Position numbers and translations under genes: made by a program
NCBI GenBank assembly: GCA_008632985.1
Contig: QPGO01000038.1
Coordinates: forward strand, 273,939-337,938
Reading direction: 5' to 3'
DNA: 64,000 bases
Origin: Psammoneis japonica
Lineage: Eukaryota
In this document: positions 49,253 to 60,700 of the stretch, piece by piece
Layout of the letters: each line of letters begins with the position of its first letter
Position numbering within the stretch: position 1 is the first letter of the stretch
Notes under the pieces: model-generated
The model's database searches: none
What the model was told of the DNA's origin: nothing
What the model saw: the letters and a program-made list of their open reading frames with translations, nothing else

Positions 49253-49754
49253 AAAGCAGGAGGCTTCGACAGGCACCAACACGAATAGCTGCATGTTGCA
49301 TATCATGCTCTCTTGACACACGAAGAAGATTCTGCTGTACAAGGGAGTTCTACATATCAAGAAAGGAGTCGAGTGAAAAGAGCTACCTTATTTTGTAACC
49401 AACAGATGGTTCCGAAATTTGCGCAGGCATCCGATGGATGAATTCTTTAGCACGCAAGTTCACAGTTCTTTTACAGAACGAGGACATAAAAAATATAGCC
49501 TTCACTTATGGTGCAACAGCTGTTTCTCCATCTCCCAATACTTGACTTTGTAGAGCATCGTACGAAATCCAAGCATGCATGAGTCCTCTTGATGCTGTTT
49601 CGTTGTTTCGTAGTTGGTTTCTGGCTTTGAGACTGTAATATTGCTTCAACGCAAGGCGCACAGACTTGTTTCCATTTTATCTTCCACGTGGCAAATCTTA
49701 CTTTCGCAATGTTTTCACTTTCGAACTTGTCGTACCACACGCTTCTCCTCGACC

Positions 49755-50802
49755 ATGGCCGCAGCACCGTCAAGCGGACCTTTCAGTCTACAACAAACAC
49801 AAGGCTTACTATCACGCATTACACAAGAAGAAAACGTACAGCTGCTAAACGCAAAAGACTTGTCGCAGAAAGAAGAGAAACGCCGCAGCAGTATGACGGA
49901 CTTGTTGTCGCTCGACGTAGAAACTCCGCCTCGCGCAACAACACTGGATCCCAAAATTCTGGAAGCATTCGAAAGACTGGACAAGTGGAAGAACTGTCCC
50001 AATGCCCCTGAACGACTCGTATACAAGCACAATCGATCACGTGCAGCTTCAACGGGATTTCCAACCATACTTCAATCCGGCCTCAAGCTCGGGCTGACAG
50101 AACACGAGGTGGCTGCGGTTTTCGGATGGACGACGGGCGACTACAAAATCGTTAATCCTATTGCGTAAGTGGTTTTTTGTTTTTATATTACCATTGTCGC
50201 TGACATAACTGGTATTCCTCAGCTTGCCTGACTCGAAACTGTTTATGCACAGGCGCGGAGAAAGCCGTGTTGAGTTTGAAGACTACCCCTTTCTACCCAA
50301 TTCAATGGCCAAGGTCACGTGCCAATTGAGTCGTAAGGATGTAATGCCATATGTGGATGTGTTGAGCTCGGCGCTGCATAAACTGCCAGCCATGAAGGCA
50401 ACACGACAGATTTTATGGCGTGGGCACAGAAGACCGTTAGGACAGACTACCGTCGGCACTACGTTGGTTTTGAAGGGATTCAGCAGCGTATCGCGAGACC
50501 GAGACAATGCCTTGGGCTTTGCCGAGAAGGCAAACGAAGGGCGATCCAACAAACGAGCTCTTTTGGCAGTTGTGGAGCATGCAAGTAGCCGATGCCTCGC
50601 CAAGCTTAGCGCAAGAAAGAATGAGGTGGAAGTACTCTTTCCACGGGACACAACCTTTGAAGTCATTGAAGCGCCACAGGACAGAATTGAACAAGATCGA
50701 TTGGCCGTCCAAGAAGCTACGGAACGTCTCCGGAAAGTCATGCCAGATGCGGAGATTGAGCTCATCTATCTCAGAGAAGTAACGAATGACGACTGGTCCT
50801 AA
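49755..50802 (+). CDS. NAD:arginine ADP-ribosyltransferase (ARTC/R-S-E class), two exons
   Basis: WTTGDY..VN helix, LSSALHKLP, LWRG (R), GFSSVS (S), NEVEVLF (ExE); in-frame GT-AG intron 50165-50252. The start may extend upstream. Confidence 0.85.
50165..50252 (+). other. Spliceosomal intron in the ART gene
   Basis: GTAAGT...CTGAC...GCACAG; splicing joins NPIA|RGES in frame. Confidence 0.8.
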
Positions 50803-52695
50803 TACTTGCGCTTGCGCACCTCATGAGAGATGCAAGAGGGAAGGCTGAAGGACGAAATGCAGGAGTTGTTGTAGCACCGCATTGAGCTCCATGAGATTGC
50901 GCTACCGCTATTCGCTCCGAGATGCACGCTGTTTTGAAATTGAATTCTTCTTTTATCTAAGATGAATGACGCCGTCGCCGTCGAATATATTTGCCTCACC
51001 TCATACCGGAACCGAAGCCCCTACACGGTAGCTGAGATAGCTAGTAAACTCCGAGTTATACTCTCTGCCAACGACAGCTGTGGTCAGTCGTATCGAGTTG
51101 CTGCTTGACTGGAGAGTCTTCTGGTTTCTTGGCACTTGCCTATGAGAAAAAATGCATGTCACGTCTAACATGAATTTCAGTGCCGAATCTTTTGGCTGGG
51201 TCTTTTGAAGACTACTGGCTACCAGGACATTGGTAACACGTGTTCTTGCTATCGGATAATAGCCGTCTATGGAAAACTTGCCTCCTAACGAATGACGACT
51301 GGTCCTTACTATTGCACTTACGCACCTTCATCCTCGAGGAGAAGCGCGAGAGAAGGCTAAGGACGAAGTGCAGCCAGTTGTGGTAGCACCGCAGTTAGCT
51401 CCATGAGATTGTGCTACCACAATTCGTTTCGAGATGCACGGTGTTGTGATGGATGAATGACGCCGTTGCCGTCGAATATATCTTGCCTTGCCGCTTACCG
51501 GATCTTAGAAGCCGCTGCACCCGGGTACGTATACTGGCCACTGAGATAGCCGAGAATCCCGAGATACACTATGTGCCAACGACAACTGTGGTCACTCGTA
51601 TCGAATTGCTGCCAGACTGGAGTGAGTCTTCTGTTGTCAAGGTTGGCACTTGCTAGCGAGGAAGAATGCATGTCACAATGCAACTACCATATCTTCCAGG
51701 ACTTTGGCATAACTTGTTCTTGGTATCGAATGATACCCGTCTATCGAAAAAATGACGACTGGTCCCGATAGTTGCGCTTCCGCACCTTCATCCTCATGAG
51801 AGATGCACGAGAGCAGGCTGAAGGACGAAATGCAGGCCGTGATGGTGGTAGCACCTCATTGAGTTCCATGCGATTATGCTACCGCTATTCGTTTCAAGAT
51901 GCACGGTGTTGTGATCTTGAATCCTTTTTTCTAGATGAATGACGCCGTCGCCGCCTAATAGTTTTGCCTTGCCGCATCCCGGAACTTAGAAGCCGCTGCA
52001 CCGGTACGTATACTGGCCGCTGAGATAGCCAGAGAATCCCGAGATACACTATGTGCCAACGACAACTGTGGTCACTCGTATCGAATTGTTGCCAGACTGG
52101 AGTGAGTCTTCTGTTGTCAAGGTTGGCACTTGCTAGCGAGGAAGAATGCATGTCACAATGCAACTACCATACCGTATCTTCCAGGACTTTGGCATAACTT
52201 GTTCTTGGTATCGAATGATACCCATCTATCGAAAAAATGACGACTGGTCCCGACAGTTGCGCTTCCGCACCTTCATCCTCATGAGAGATGCACGAGAGCA
52301 GGCTGAAGGACGAAATGCAGGCCGTGATGGTGGTAGCACCTCATTCAGTTCCATGCGATTATGCTACCGCTATTCGTTTCAAGATGCACGGTGTTGTGAT
52401 ATTGAATCCTTTTTTCTAGATGAATGCGCTGTCGCCGTTGAATGCTTTTCCTTGCCGCGTGCCGGAGCCGAAGCCCTGCACCCCGGTACGCACACTGGCA
52501 GCTGAGACAGCCAGCGAATCCCGAGGCATGCTCTGTGCCACGGACACCTGTGGTGAGTCGTATCGAATTGCTTCCCGGCTGGAGTGAGTCTTCTGGTGTC
52601 GAGGTTGGCACTTGCTTGCGAGAAAGGATGCATGTCCCCTCAAACATGAATTCAACTGCCGATTCTTTTGGCTGTTTCTTTGATGACTGCTGGCT
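50781..52695. repeat. Tandem array, four units of ~460-506 bp
   Basis: AATGACGACTGGTCC at 50785, 51291, 51751 and 52236; shared internal blocks (GAGATGCACG, GATGAATGACGCCG, CGTATCGAATTG, TTGGCACTTGC). Confidence 0.95.
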
Positions 52696-53416
52696 AAACG
52701 CGTTCTTGGTATTATAGATGATATCAATCAATCGAGAATCCCCCCCCCCCCCCCCCATAGTTCCCACCTTGCGCTTTTTTCTCGAATGAGCGGATTTATG
52801 ATCATTTATTTGTGTCTCTCGAATGACCAGTCGCAGCATGCATGATTCACGTGAATAATGCAGAGTGAAGTGAGACTGACAAACTGGAGAGTTGCCTCTA
52901 TTTTCCACGCTCGGTATGGTATTTTCTTATTACCACTGTTGCACCATCTGGGCACTTTTGTAAAACATTAAGGCTGTTGTTGGTGTCAGCTCTAGCTCTA
53001 GTGATTAAACTGATCATTGCCATCTTCTCATATTTCGATCTACATCGTTTCTCTCTACTTGTAGAGAGCGAGACAATTCAAACATGTGGGATAAATAGAA
53101 TGTAAGCCGATGCAAGTACTGGTACATTAACATAGATGCCAACGTCAATAAAAACTCGTAGGGGTAGAACGTCTTTGAGTCTGCACTCATGCGCTTTGGC
53201 GCGGGAGTGTAATTTTGAATAATTGGATCTATTATATTCATTCATTAGGATTCAGAAATATTAATCCCGCGGCGGTGACACCTCGCACTGCAAATCCGAA
53301 CATTTGAGGCAACAAATCCGAACTTCGCTCATGCATGCATTGTCTCGCTCGTGCTATCATCACAACCCAAACTTCTCTCGCAGCAACATCATCAGTGTCC
53401 TCAACGTTCCGTCATC

Positions 53417-53617
53417 ATGAACTGGCTTTGGCTCCCCCTCGTTTCGACCTTGTTTAATCTGCTTCTGTTCTTCCTCATTCAGAAGAACCACAAAGGACAA
53501 GTCAAGGCTCTGACCGCAATCCCGAAAATACCGGCATCACACAAGCGTGCCGTCACTGTGGAGACGAGTATGCATCAAGGATTTCCACGTCCAATTGACT
53601 TTGCGAATCTGCAGTGA
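53417..53617 (+). CDS. Putative 66-aa single-TM microprotein (paralog of 49091..49252)
   Basis: Similar N-terminus and an 'ETS' motif shared with the 49091 ORF; two upstream CAAATCCGAA copies (~53291, ~53313). Confidence 0.55.
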   Translation: MNWLWLPLVSTLFNLLLFFLIQKNHKGQVKALTAIPKIPASHKRAVTVETSMHQGFPRPIDFANLQ

Positions 53618-54164
53618 TTGGTCTCTATGGACATAGCCTGACCTTGTCGGATGGCTGCATCCTTGTTAATCAGGACAGGTCGGCTTATGAGCTCATCACG
53701 GCGCTGAGAACCTAGATTCGAGAGATTCGGTAGCTGTTCCCACCTCCGTGGCGAGCTTATGATTGACGGCGTGCATGACCCAATCGGCCATACGGGAGCA
53801 TCGAGGCCGCAGCTGTGCACGATCGCAATCAAAAGTATTAATAGCGCCGTGTGCTTTACGCTGGCGTCTTCTGTTTCATCCAACTTTTCATATTCTGCAT
53901 AAGGCTACATTCTGCATGCATGCATGCATACATACATACATACGAACAAGCATCATAGTAAAACATTTATAAGTCTAACTGATTAAATTGCTCTTGAAAG
54001 CCGCTACTTATTATGCTATTTCGTTCCAAATATGTACAAGTATAGGGTGAAATTGGTCACCGTCAATCCCGTGCCACTTGCCTTCCTCTCCACCCCAAAA
54101 AGCAAGTCCTGTAAAACCGCCTTTCTTCTAATCCCTCTCGTGATACAATCAGCAGTCACAGTAT

Positions 54165-56142
54165 CTAGTCGATGGCGGTAATGTCACGCCCAAAGAGACG
54201 CGACTTGACCCAGTCAATGGCCACCAGAGCGCGATTCCTCATGGACGCTTGTTTCATCAAATACACGCTTCTCCATAGACCAAATCCAACCGTTCCAGTA
54301 GCCTTGACGCGTGTCTTTTCGTCTGGTGTTACTTGAACCTGTGCAAGTGCTGAAAACCCACCCGTATATGCCAAAATGCCCATGTCAAGGAACTGGAACG
54401 GTACCATGTACTCGTCCGTCTGGACGGCAAAGGAAGCAATCGCATCCATTAAGCTATTGGATTTCTCCGGATCTCGTTTGGGTGGTAACATAACACCCTC
54501 CTCACTGTACTCTGTATCAAGGTTGGCCTTTGACAAGACGTGGGCAAGGAACTCTCCTTCTTGAGCAGCGACTTGGGCGGTGCTCGGCAAGCAAGCCATT
54601 TGCGTACAGGCGCAGTCACCCAATGCAAAGATGCGGCCCTTGCCATTCACGGCTCGAAGCCACGGATCTACCGCGAGCTTTCCGCGAGCCTTTTCTTGGG
54701 CTTCAACTTGTCTCCCACCAATAGCCTCAATGATATCTAGTGTAATGGGCAAAGGTCCGATACCGCCGGCCCATACCGCCAAGCCATACGGTATTTTTGA
54801 GCCATCAGCAAGGTCAATGGTATCGGCGGTCACCTCTTTGACAGACTTGTTGATAATAAGTTCAGTCAACCCATCTGGGAACAAACTTTTGAGGGCTGGG
54901 TCCTTGATGTTGGTACCGCGAGTAAGCACATTAATGGCTGTTTCTCGCAAGCTCTCGTCAAAGGGCCTCAGAATTACTGGCGTTGCTTCAATAACCTTGA
55001 TTTGAGCGTCTTTGAGTAAATGGGGATAATACTTTGGACCGTCTTCTTCGATGAAGTCTCGAAGCTCGGCTGCAAATTCAATACCCGTTGGACCAGCACC
55101 AATCACGGCAAAGGTCAACAGCTTGCGACGCTCTTGTTCCGATTGACCTGGAAAATTCGCTCTTTCAAACAAACTGACAATCTTGCGCCGAATGTGCCTT
55201 GCATCATTAATCTGCTTCAAAAAGAGGCAGTGCTCTTCGACACCGGGAATACCAAATGTGTTGGTTTTCGCTCCGACCGCCACCACAAGCCGATCATACT
55301 TGACTTCAATGTCTGTAATCTCGCATTCCTCATCGCATTGAACCCCTTGGCAAGTTACAATTCGAGCCTCGGTATCGATAGAGGATGCGGCTGCCTCCAA
55401 GTAGTTGGCTTGTCGATTGAACTGAGAAAGAGAAGGGCAAAACGAACGTATGAAGTGAGCGCATCAACATTCTGGAAAATGCACCGTTATTCTTCATACG
55501 AATCAACGTACCTCTCGAATCGGTTGAGTAATACTCCGAACGTCCACAGTACCTACGCTAGCACCTGCGAGCATGGGAGTGAACAAAAAGTAGTTCCGTG
55601 GACTGATAACCGTCACGTCGTAGTGATCATTGTCGATCTCGCTCAATAAGGCAGCAGCTCCCCAGCCAGTGCCCAAAATAACCAATTTCTCTTTTGTCTC
55701 CGTGATTGCGCTGTTGACGGCAACTTTCTTAATCAACGGACTTGGAACTAGGTCCCCCAATACCTTGGCTGCCTTTTCCATAAGGAAGAGAGGATATGCA
55801 CGAGGCTTGGTGAGACGTCCTAGCTTTGCTTGGAGCTTCTCGTCCTGTACTTGGCATGCGTAGCTACAGCAATCGCCAGGACTCTTGCTCGGCAAACCTT
55901 GCAATACCCCGTGATCCTGGGCTTTGGCATTGACTATGTCGCGTTGTCCTGCTGCCTCCTCCACAGCTATGCGGGTGGGCTTTTCGCCAATGTAATAGCG
56001 GCACGTCTCTTTGATGCGCTGGCTGGGTGGCGTCGTTCTCCCCAACAAAAGTTCTTGGGCCAATGCCGGTGAATGACGAAGTCTCTCTCACCATGCAAGA
56101 GACTAGTGCAACGAATCCGATAATTCGTGTTGTTAGCTTCAT
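54165..56142 (-). CDS. NDH2: Type II (alternative) NAD(P)H dehydrogenase, probably plastid-targeted; intron 55422-55511, one frameshift in the N-terminal region
   Basis: LVILGTGWGA, ISPRNYFLFTPML, YDRLVVAVGA, FAVIGAGPTGIEFAAEL, IFALGDCA, LPSTAQVAAQEGEFLA, LWRSVYL..Q.S.RNR..V..DW....FGRD; signal ending 'ETSSF'. Confidence 0.93.
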
Positions 56143-57455
56143 TTTTTCTCACTTTGTGTGTTTGTTTTGAGAACAAGCGGTGGAGCGATGAAAAGCCAGA
56201 CAGAGGGTTCGCATTCAAGAGGTTTCTCCGAAACACATTTCGCGCGAGCGAGGAAAGGCCTGCCATTTTCACCGAGTCGGCTCTTTTGCACGGGAGAACA
56301 CGCGAGAGTGGGCGGGCATGGTGATCTTCAAAAGGATCACCCAATTGTCATACTTTGACCACAACAAAAAGCAGAACATTGTTGTCGTCATGTGATTGCA
56401 AAGAGGGACAAGCAAGTCGACTCACTCTGAACTTCAAGTTTTCTTTCTAGACTGCAAAGTTCACAGAAATCCAAGCAGACCGACTTTGTCAGACTGGCGG
56501 GACATTGCTCAAGCTCCTCAGTGGGGTTTGTTTTTCGTTGCTTCTCTGTCAAGTAGTTCCTCGTGAAGACAATGGTGCAAAACGTCAGTCAGAAAGAAAC
56601 TGATGCACAATTGGGCGATTTTGAGCTACGATTTTTCTGTTTCATGCGATCGTCATGGTGTTGATCCCAGTCGAGGAGGCTGACAGTGTGTGTTTGCGGT
56701 CTCTGCGTGTTTCAAAAGACGTGCTTTCACACAAGGCACAGCACAATGGCATTCGAGAGAAACCAGCCAAAAATCGAGAAAGCATGTTGTCGCCCCTGGC
56801 ATGGCTCGTAACTTGGTGGCATTTTGCCATCCCCTTCAAACATGAGAGCAAACAAGCTTCGAAACGCACTGTGCCTCGTCTTGTCCACGGGTGTTCCCTG
56901 GATGCAATGCCCAAGCAGGTGGTTGTCCTTTGATCCAAATGTGACAGTGAAAAAGACAGCCACCTGAGGCAGCCAAAATGACGTGCCGACTGTCGCCATG
57001 TCCACCTCTTGTTTCAAGCCGAGGTTCAGGAGAGCAAAAGTCATCGAGTGTGAAAGGGCAGTCTTGAAAATGAGTGCATGAACCATGAGAATGTGAGCTT
57101 GAAAAAAAGTGTCATGTGGATGAATGGCGCTCTTGTGTAAATCCGCCAGTGCGATGCAGTCCTGATGGACAAGTGGAACAGTCTGAGGATGGACAGAATG
57201 TGTCTGGAGGTGCCGGCGTTCAAAGATTTCACCATCTTGACTGAAGCCAAGGTGTGCAGTGACTGTGTGGGGTGTGCAAGCACCAAGAACATGCGCAGAC
57301 AAAGGATCCCTTTGGGCTTCATTGTCAAAGGGTGTAAAAATGTGTCAGTCAAAAGCTGGCAGTGGCATTTCTGTCAACAGCATGGTCCACCCACGCGGAA
57401 ATGAGCCAGATGACAGCACAAGCTGGGGTGACAACAACCATCTAAAGCAGACACA

Positions 57456-57769
57456 TGTCAACAGCATCCACTGTCAAAGTGCTCATGATCATTGTGAAAG
57501 TCGAAATCTGCAAGAATGCTCATGATCATTGTGAAAGTCGAAATCTGCAAGAAGTGAGAGAGAAGAGAAGAGAGCCCCAAAAGCAACCCAAAAGATCTGA
57601 AGGGACCGAAGGTGTCACTTCAGCACTGAGTTCCACACATTTGATGGCAGATCAGACAAAGAAATGATGAATGACCTGAAAAAGCGATTCACAAGGAGGA
57701 TGTGCTCCCACACGTGACCAACCCATGTCATCAACTCAGAAACCAATGACTCAGAAAGTCAGCTCTCAT
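57456..57769 (-). repeat. Putative 3' LTR of the copia, containing a 37-bp tandem duplication
   Basis: Starts TG just after the PPT and ends ...TGTTGACA. TGCTCATGATCATTGTGAAAGTCGAAATCTGCAAGAA occurs twice (57480-57553). The 5' LTR is outside the window, so the boundary is unconfirmed. Confidence 0.55.
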
Positions 57770-60700
57770 CGCTCTCCCTCTCGAGAAGACGTCGACTGCA
57801 AGACATCAGATCGCCACTGAAAATTTAAAATGAAGTTCGCACCAAAAACACAACCCATCATGCAATGATGCGAAACCACATGCAGAGACACAACAACCCC
57901 AATTGCCATGCCTGATTGCCATTGCTCCATTTCACACATGACAAATGCATTTGAACCCAAACCAACATGCACACAAGTGCAAATGTCAACCGCCTGCCAC
58001 CCCATCAACTTCTTCGGCAAATGCTCAAACTTTTCTTGAACTGGACCCTTTGTGAAGACATCCGCCAACTGTTCCTTGCTGGCAATCTTTTGAATGTGAG
58101 TCAAATGGTCAGGTTGAGCAATGTGAGACTTGAAGAAATGATGCTTCACTGCGACATGCTTGGTCGCCAATGACAAAGCACTGTTGTTGTCCTCAAAAAC
58201 GGCAGAGTGGAACAAAATGTCATCATTCCCATCAACACTCATCAAAGAGGCAACCTCCTTGACAAGTCCTTTCATGGGTGGCAGGACTCTCATTGCCTGA
58301 GACAAGGCAACATGCTCTGCCTTGAGAGTGGACAACAATGCCATTTCGGTCTGCAACTTGGAAGCCCAAATCAAAGGGCTGTCACCAATGGTCAGTGCAT
58401 GACCAGAGTGACTCTTGACACAAACAGGATCTTGAGGATCTTCATGGTTCCAAAGTCTTGCAAAATCCACGTCACAGCAACAATCCAATCTCGAATTGTC
58501 AGACATGGTGAAAATCATGCCACGATCCGAAGTCTTCTGAAGATGATGGACGACATGCTTGACTGCTTCCTCATCATGACTCTTCTTGGGATTGTGGGTG
58601 AATCAAGCACAACCATGCACCACACATTGAATGTCAGGCCTTGTGTTGGAAGCCAAATGAAGCATTGTGCCAATGACACTTGCATGGCTCCACGACTCGA
58701 CCTGCTCCGGTCTGTCAGCATCCGCAGCCAATGGACCAGAGCTGGCTGGAGCAGCCTTGGCATTGCAGCCAACCATGTTGGTGGCCGCAATGATCTTCTG
58801 AACAAGTCCTTTCTGTGACAGATGGACAGCACCAGCCTCGTGGTCCTTTTCAACATTGACTCCAAGAAATCCATTTGCATCATCCTCAATGTAAAGCTTG
58901 CATCCATTTGCCTTGAGCTGATCAACAATTTTGTCAATCTTGGACAAATCCTTGGCAAAGAACAGACAGTTGTCAATGTGGACGAGACAAACAACATGAT
59001 GCTGGAACCAAGTCGTTGCAGCTTGACGCAATCTGCAGAGATTCTTGTTCAATTTCAAGACGTGGTCCCCGTCTGCACCCACTTCAAACAATTTGGGCAG
59101 CTCAACATGCACGTTTTCCCCGATGTCTGCTTGAGCAAATGCAAGAGCACAGTCAACTTGATGAGAAGCTGGACCGTGCAGATTCGACAAACTCATCAAA
59201 AGTCAAACCGTGCTTTGACTGACGACCGGAGCATGGGTCTTGAAGAATTCCATGCCCTCTTGTTGGTGCTGTCCTTGGACACAAAACCGTGCCTTGAACT
59301 TCTTGAGCCATCCATCAGGGTGTCTCTTGACCTTGAATGCCCAAGTGCCGGGCAATGTGTCAGTGTCAGCAGGCACCGAATCGCGCAAAACCGGAGCAAA
59401 CGAATTTCGACGCATCAAATCATTTGTCTCTGAGCACATGGCCTTCTTGAATTCTTCTGCGCAAGGACCTGCCATCGCTTCATGATGTGAAGGAGTGTCA
59501 GGGTCTCCAACCTTCTTGCCAGCAAAAGAGTCCAACAAATGGCTCGACAATGGACAGATGCCGTCCACTCCACATCTCCGTCCACGTCAGACATGAGAGC
59601 ATGTGTCTTCGCAAACTCCGCAGTCCGACAATCAGCACCAAACCACTTGGATGGATTAAAATAAAACCAGCAACCCCTTTGAGCACATGCCCATCACAAC
59701 CATGTTGATCCTTGCCTTCACAGCCATGACGATCTGGCGATCAAACAGTCTGTCCAGAATGCGTCCAGATCAGACTGCGAGCAGCCGGTTCTTTGGGATG
59801 AGGGTCATCGTTCTTGTCAATGGCCAAAGGTGCTTCTGGAGACATGGAACTCGTGAGTCTCCCTCTGGAGAGTGCTCTGCACCAAATGGAGTTAACGGAG
59901 ACTCGATGCCAGAAGGTGAGACATCATCATGTGTGCAATCAGGAGATGGAGGAGAATCTTGCAGAACACTGGGTTGTCTTGGAGTGTCAGACCTCCTGCG
60001 AAGAGAAGACTGACACAAAGAAGAGGTCCCAGCATCAACTCTTGAGTTCCTCTCCCTCTGTTCCACTGGAATCGAGTTCCCAGCCCAACGTTGCCTCCTG
60101 ATTTCTTCTCGCTGTTCGCGTCTTTCATGCAGCTCCGCTTCCGCAAGCCGGTTGTCCGATGACTGCGGTGGCACAGCCAGTGCCATCATCAGTGTCCACT
60201 GTGTGACGTGAAGTGGCAAGAAGATCACGCCAATTCCTTGGTGGCCTTTGCTCATCATCAGAGTGAACTGTCTCAAACCAGTTGTCGCAGACAACATGGA
60301 ATTGAGCGGACATGGAACCTGTCCTGAGATTCCTGATTAAACCAACAGCACTGGCATGCAATGGAGAGAAGCCCACAAACTGACCACGACAACTGCAGGC
60401 CTTCCAAAAAGGTGTCTTCTTCCCATCTTGCAAAGTGGGATCCAACACATGAGTCGGACATCCCCAAATGGGTGAATTTGTGAGTGTCAGAGTTGAAGAA
60501 AGTTTCACTCCCGCAAAGACTTCCTCCGGACACAATCCGTTGAAATCCAGTCATGGGGTCAGATTCCATGATTGAACAGAATGACTTTTGGCCATGGGCC
60601 ACAAGTCCATCTCTGCTGTGTCCGGCCATCAAACTGCAGCATGAAACATCATGGTTCGGGCACATTCAGCAACAGCATGTGTCGCTTGCTCCACAATTGT

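Noticed and set aside
49755..50802. The ART as the enzyme behind the TpA mutation (DNA ADP-ribosylation)
   Set aside because: Its ExE motif indicates protein-arginine specificity, and proximity is the only link.
50781..52695. CRISPR-like array (also 28632-29006 and 57480-57553)
   Set aside because: Whole units are repeated with no unique spacers, there are no cas genes, and the context is eukaryotic.
14512..56142. Programmed frameshifting suggested by split ORFs in most genes (EF-hand, sulfotransferase, FG-GAP, amine oxidase, protease, MDR, NDH2)
   Set aside because: No shared slippery motif was seen and the genes are otherwise intact. Uncorrected assembly indels are the simpler explanation; this needs read-level checking.
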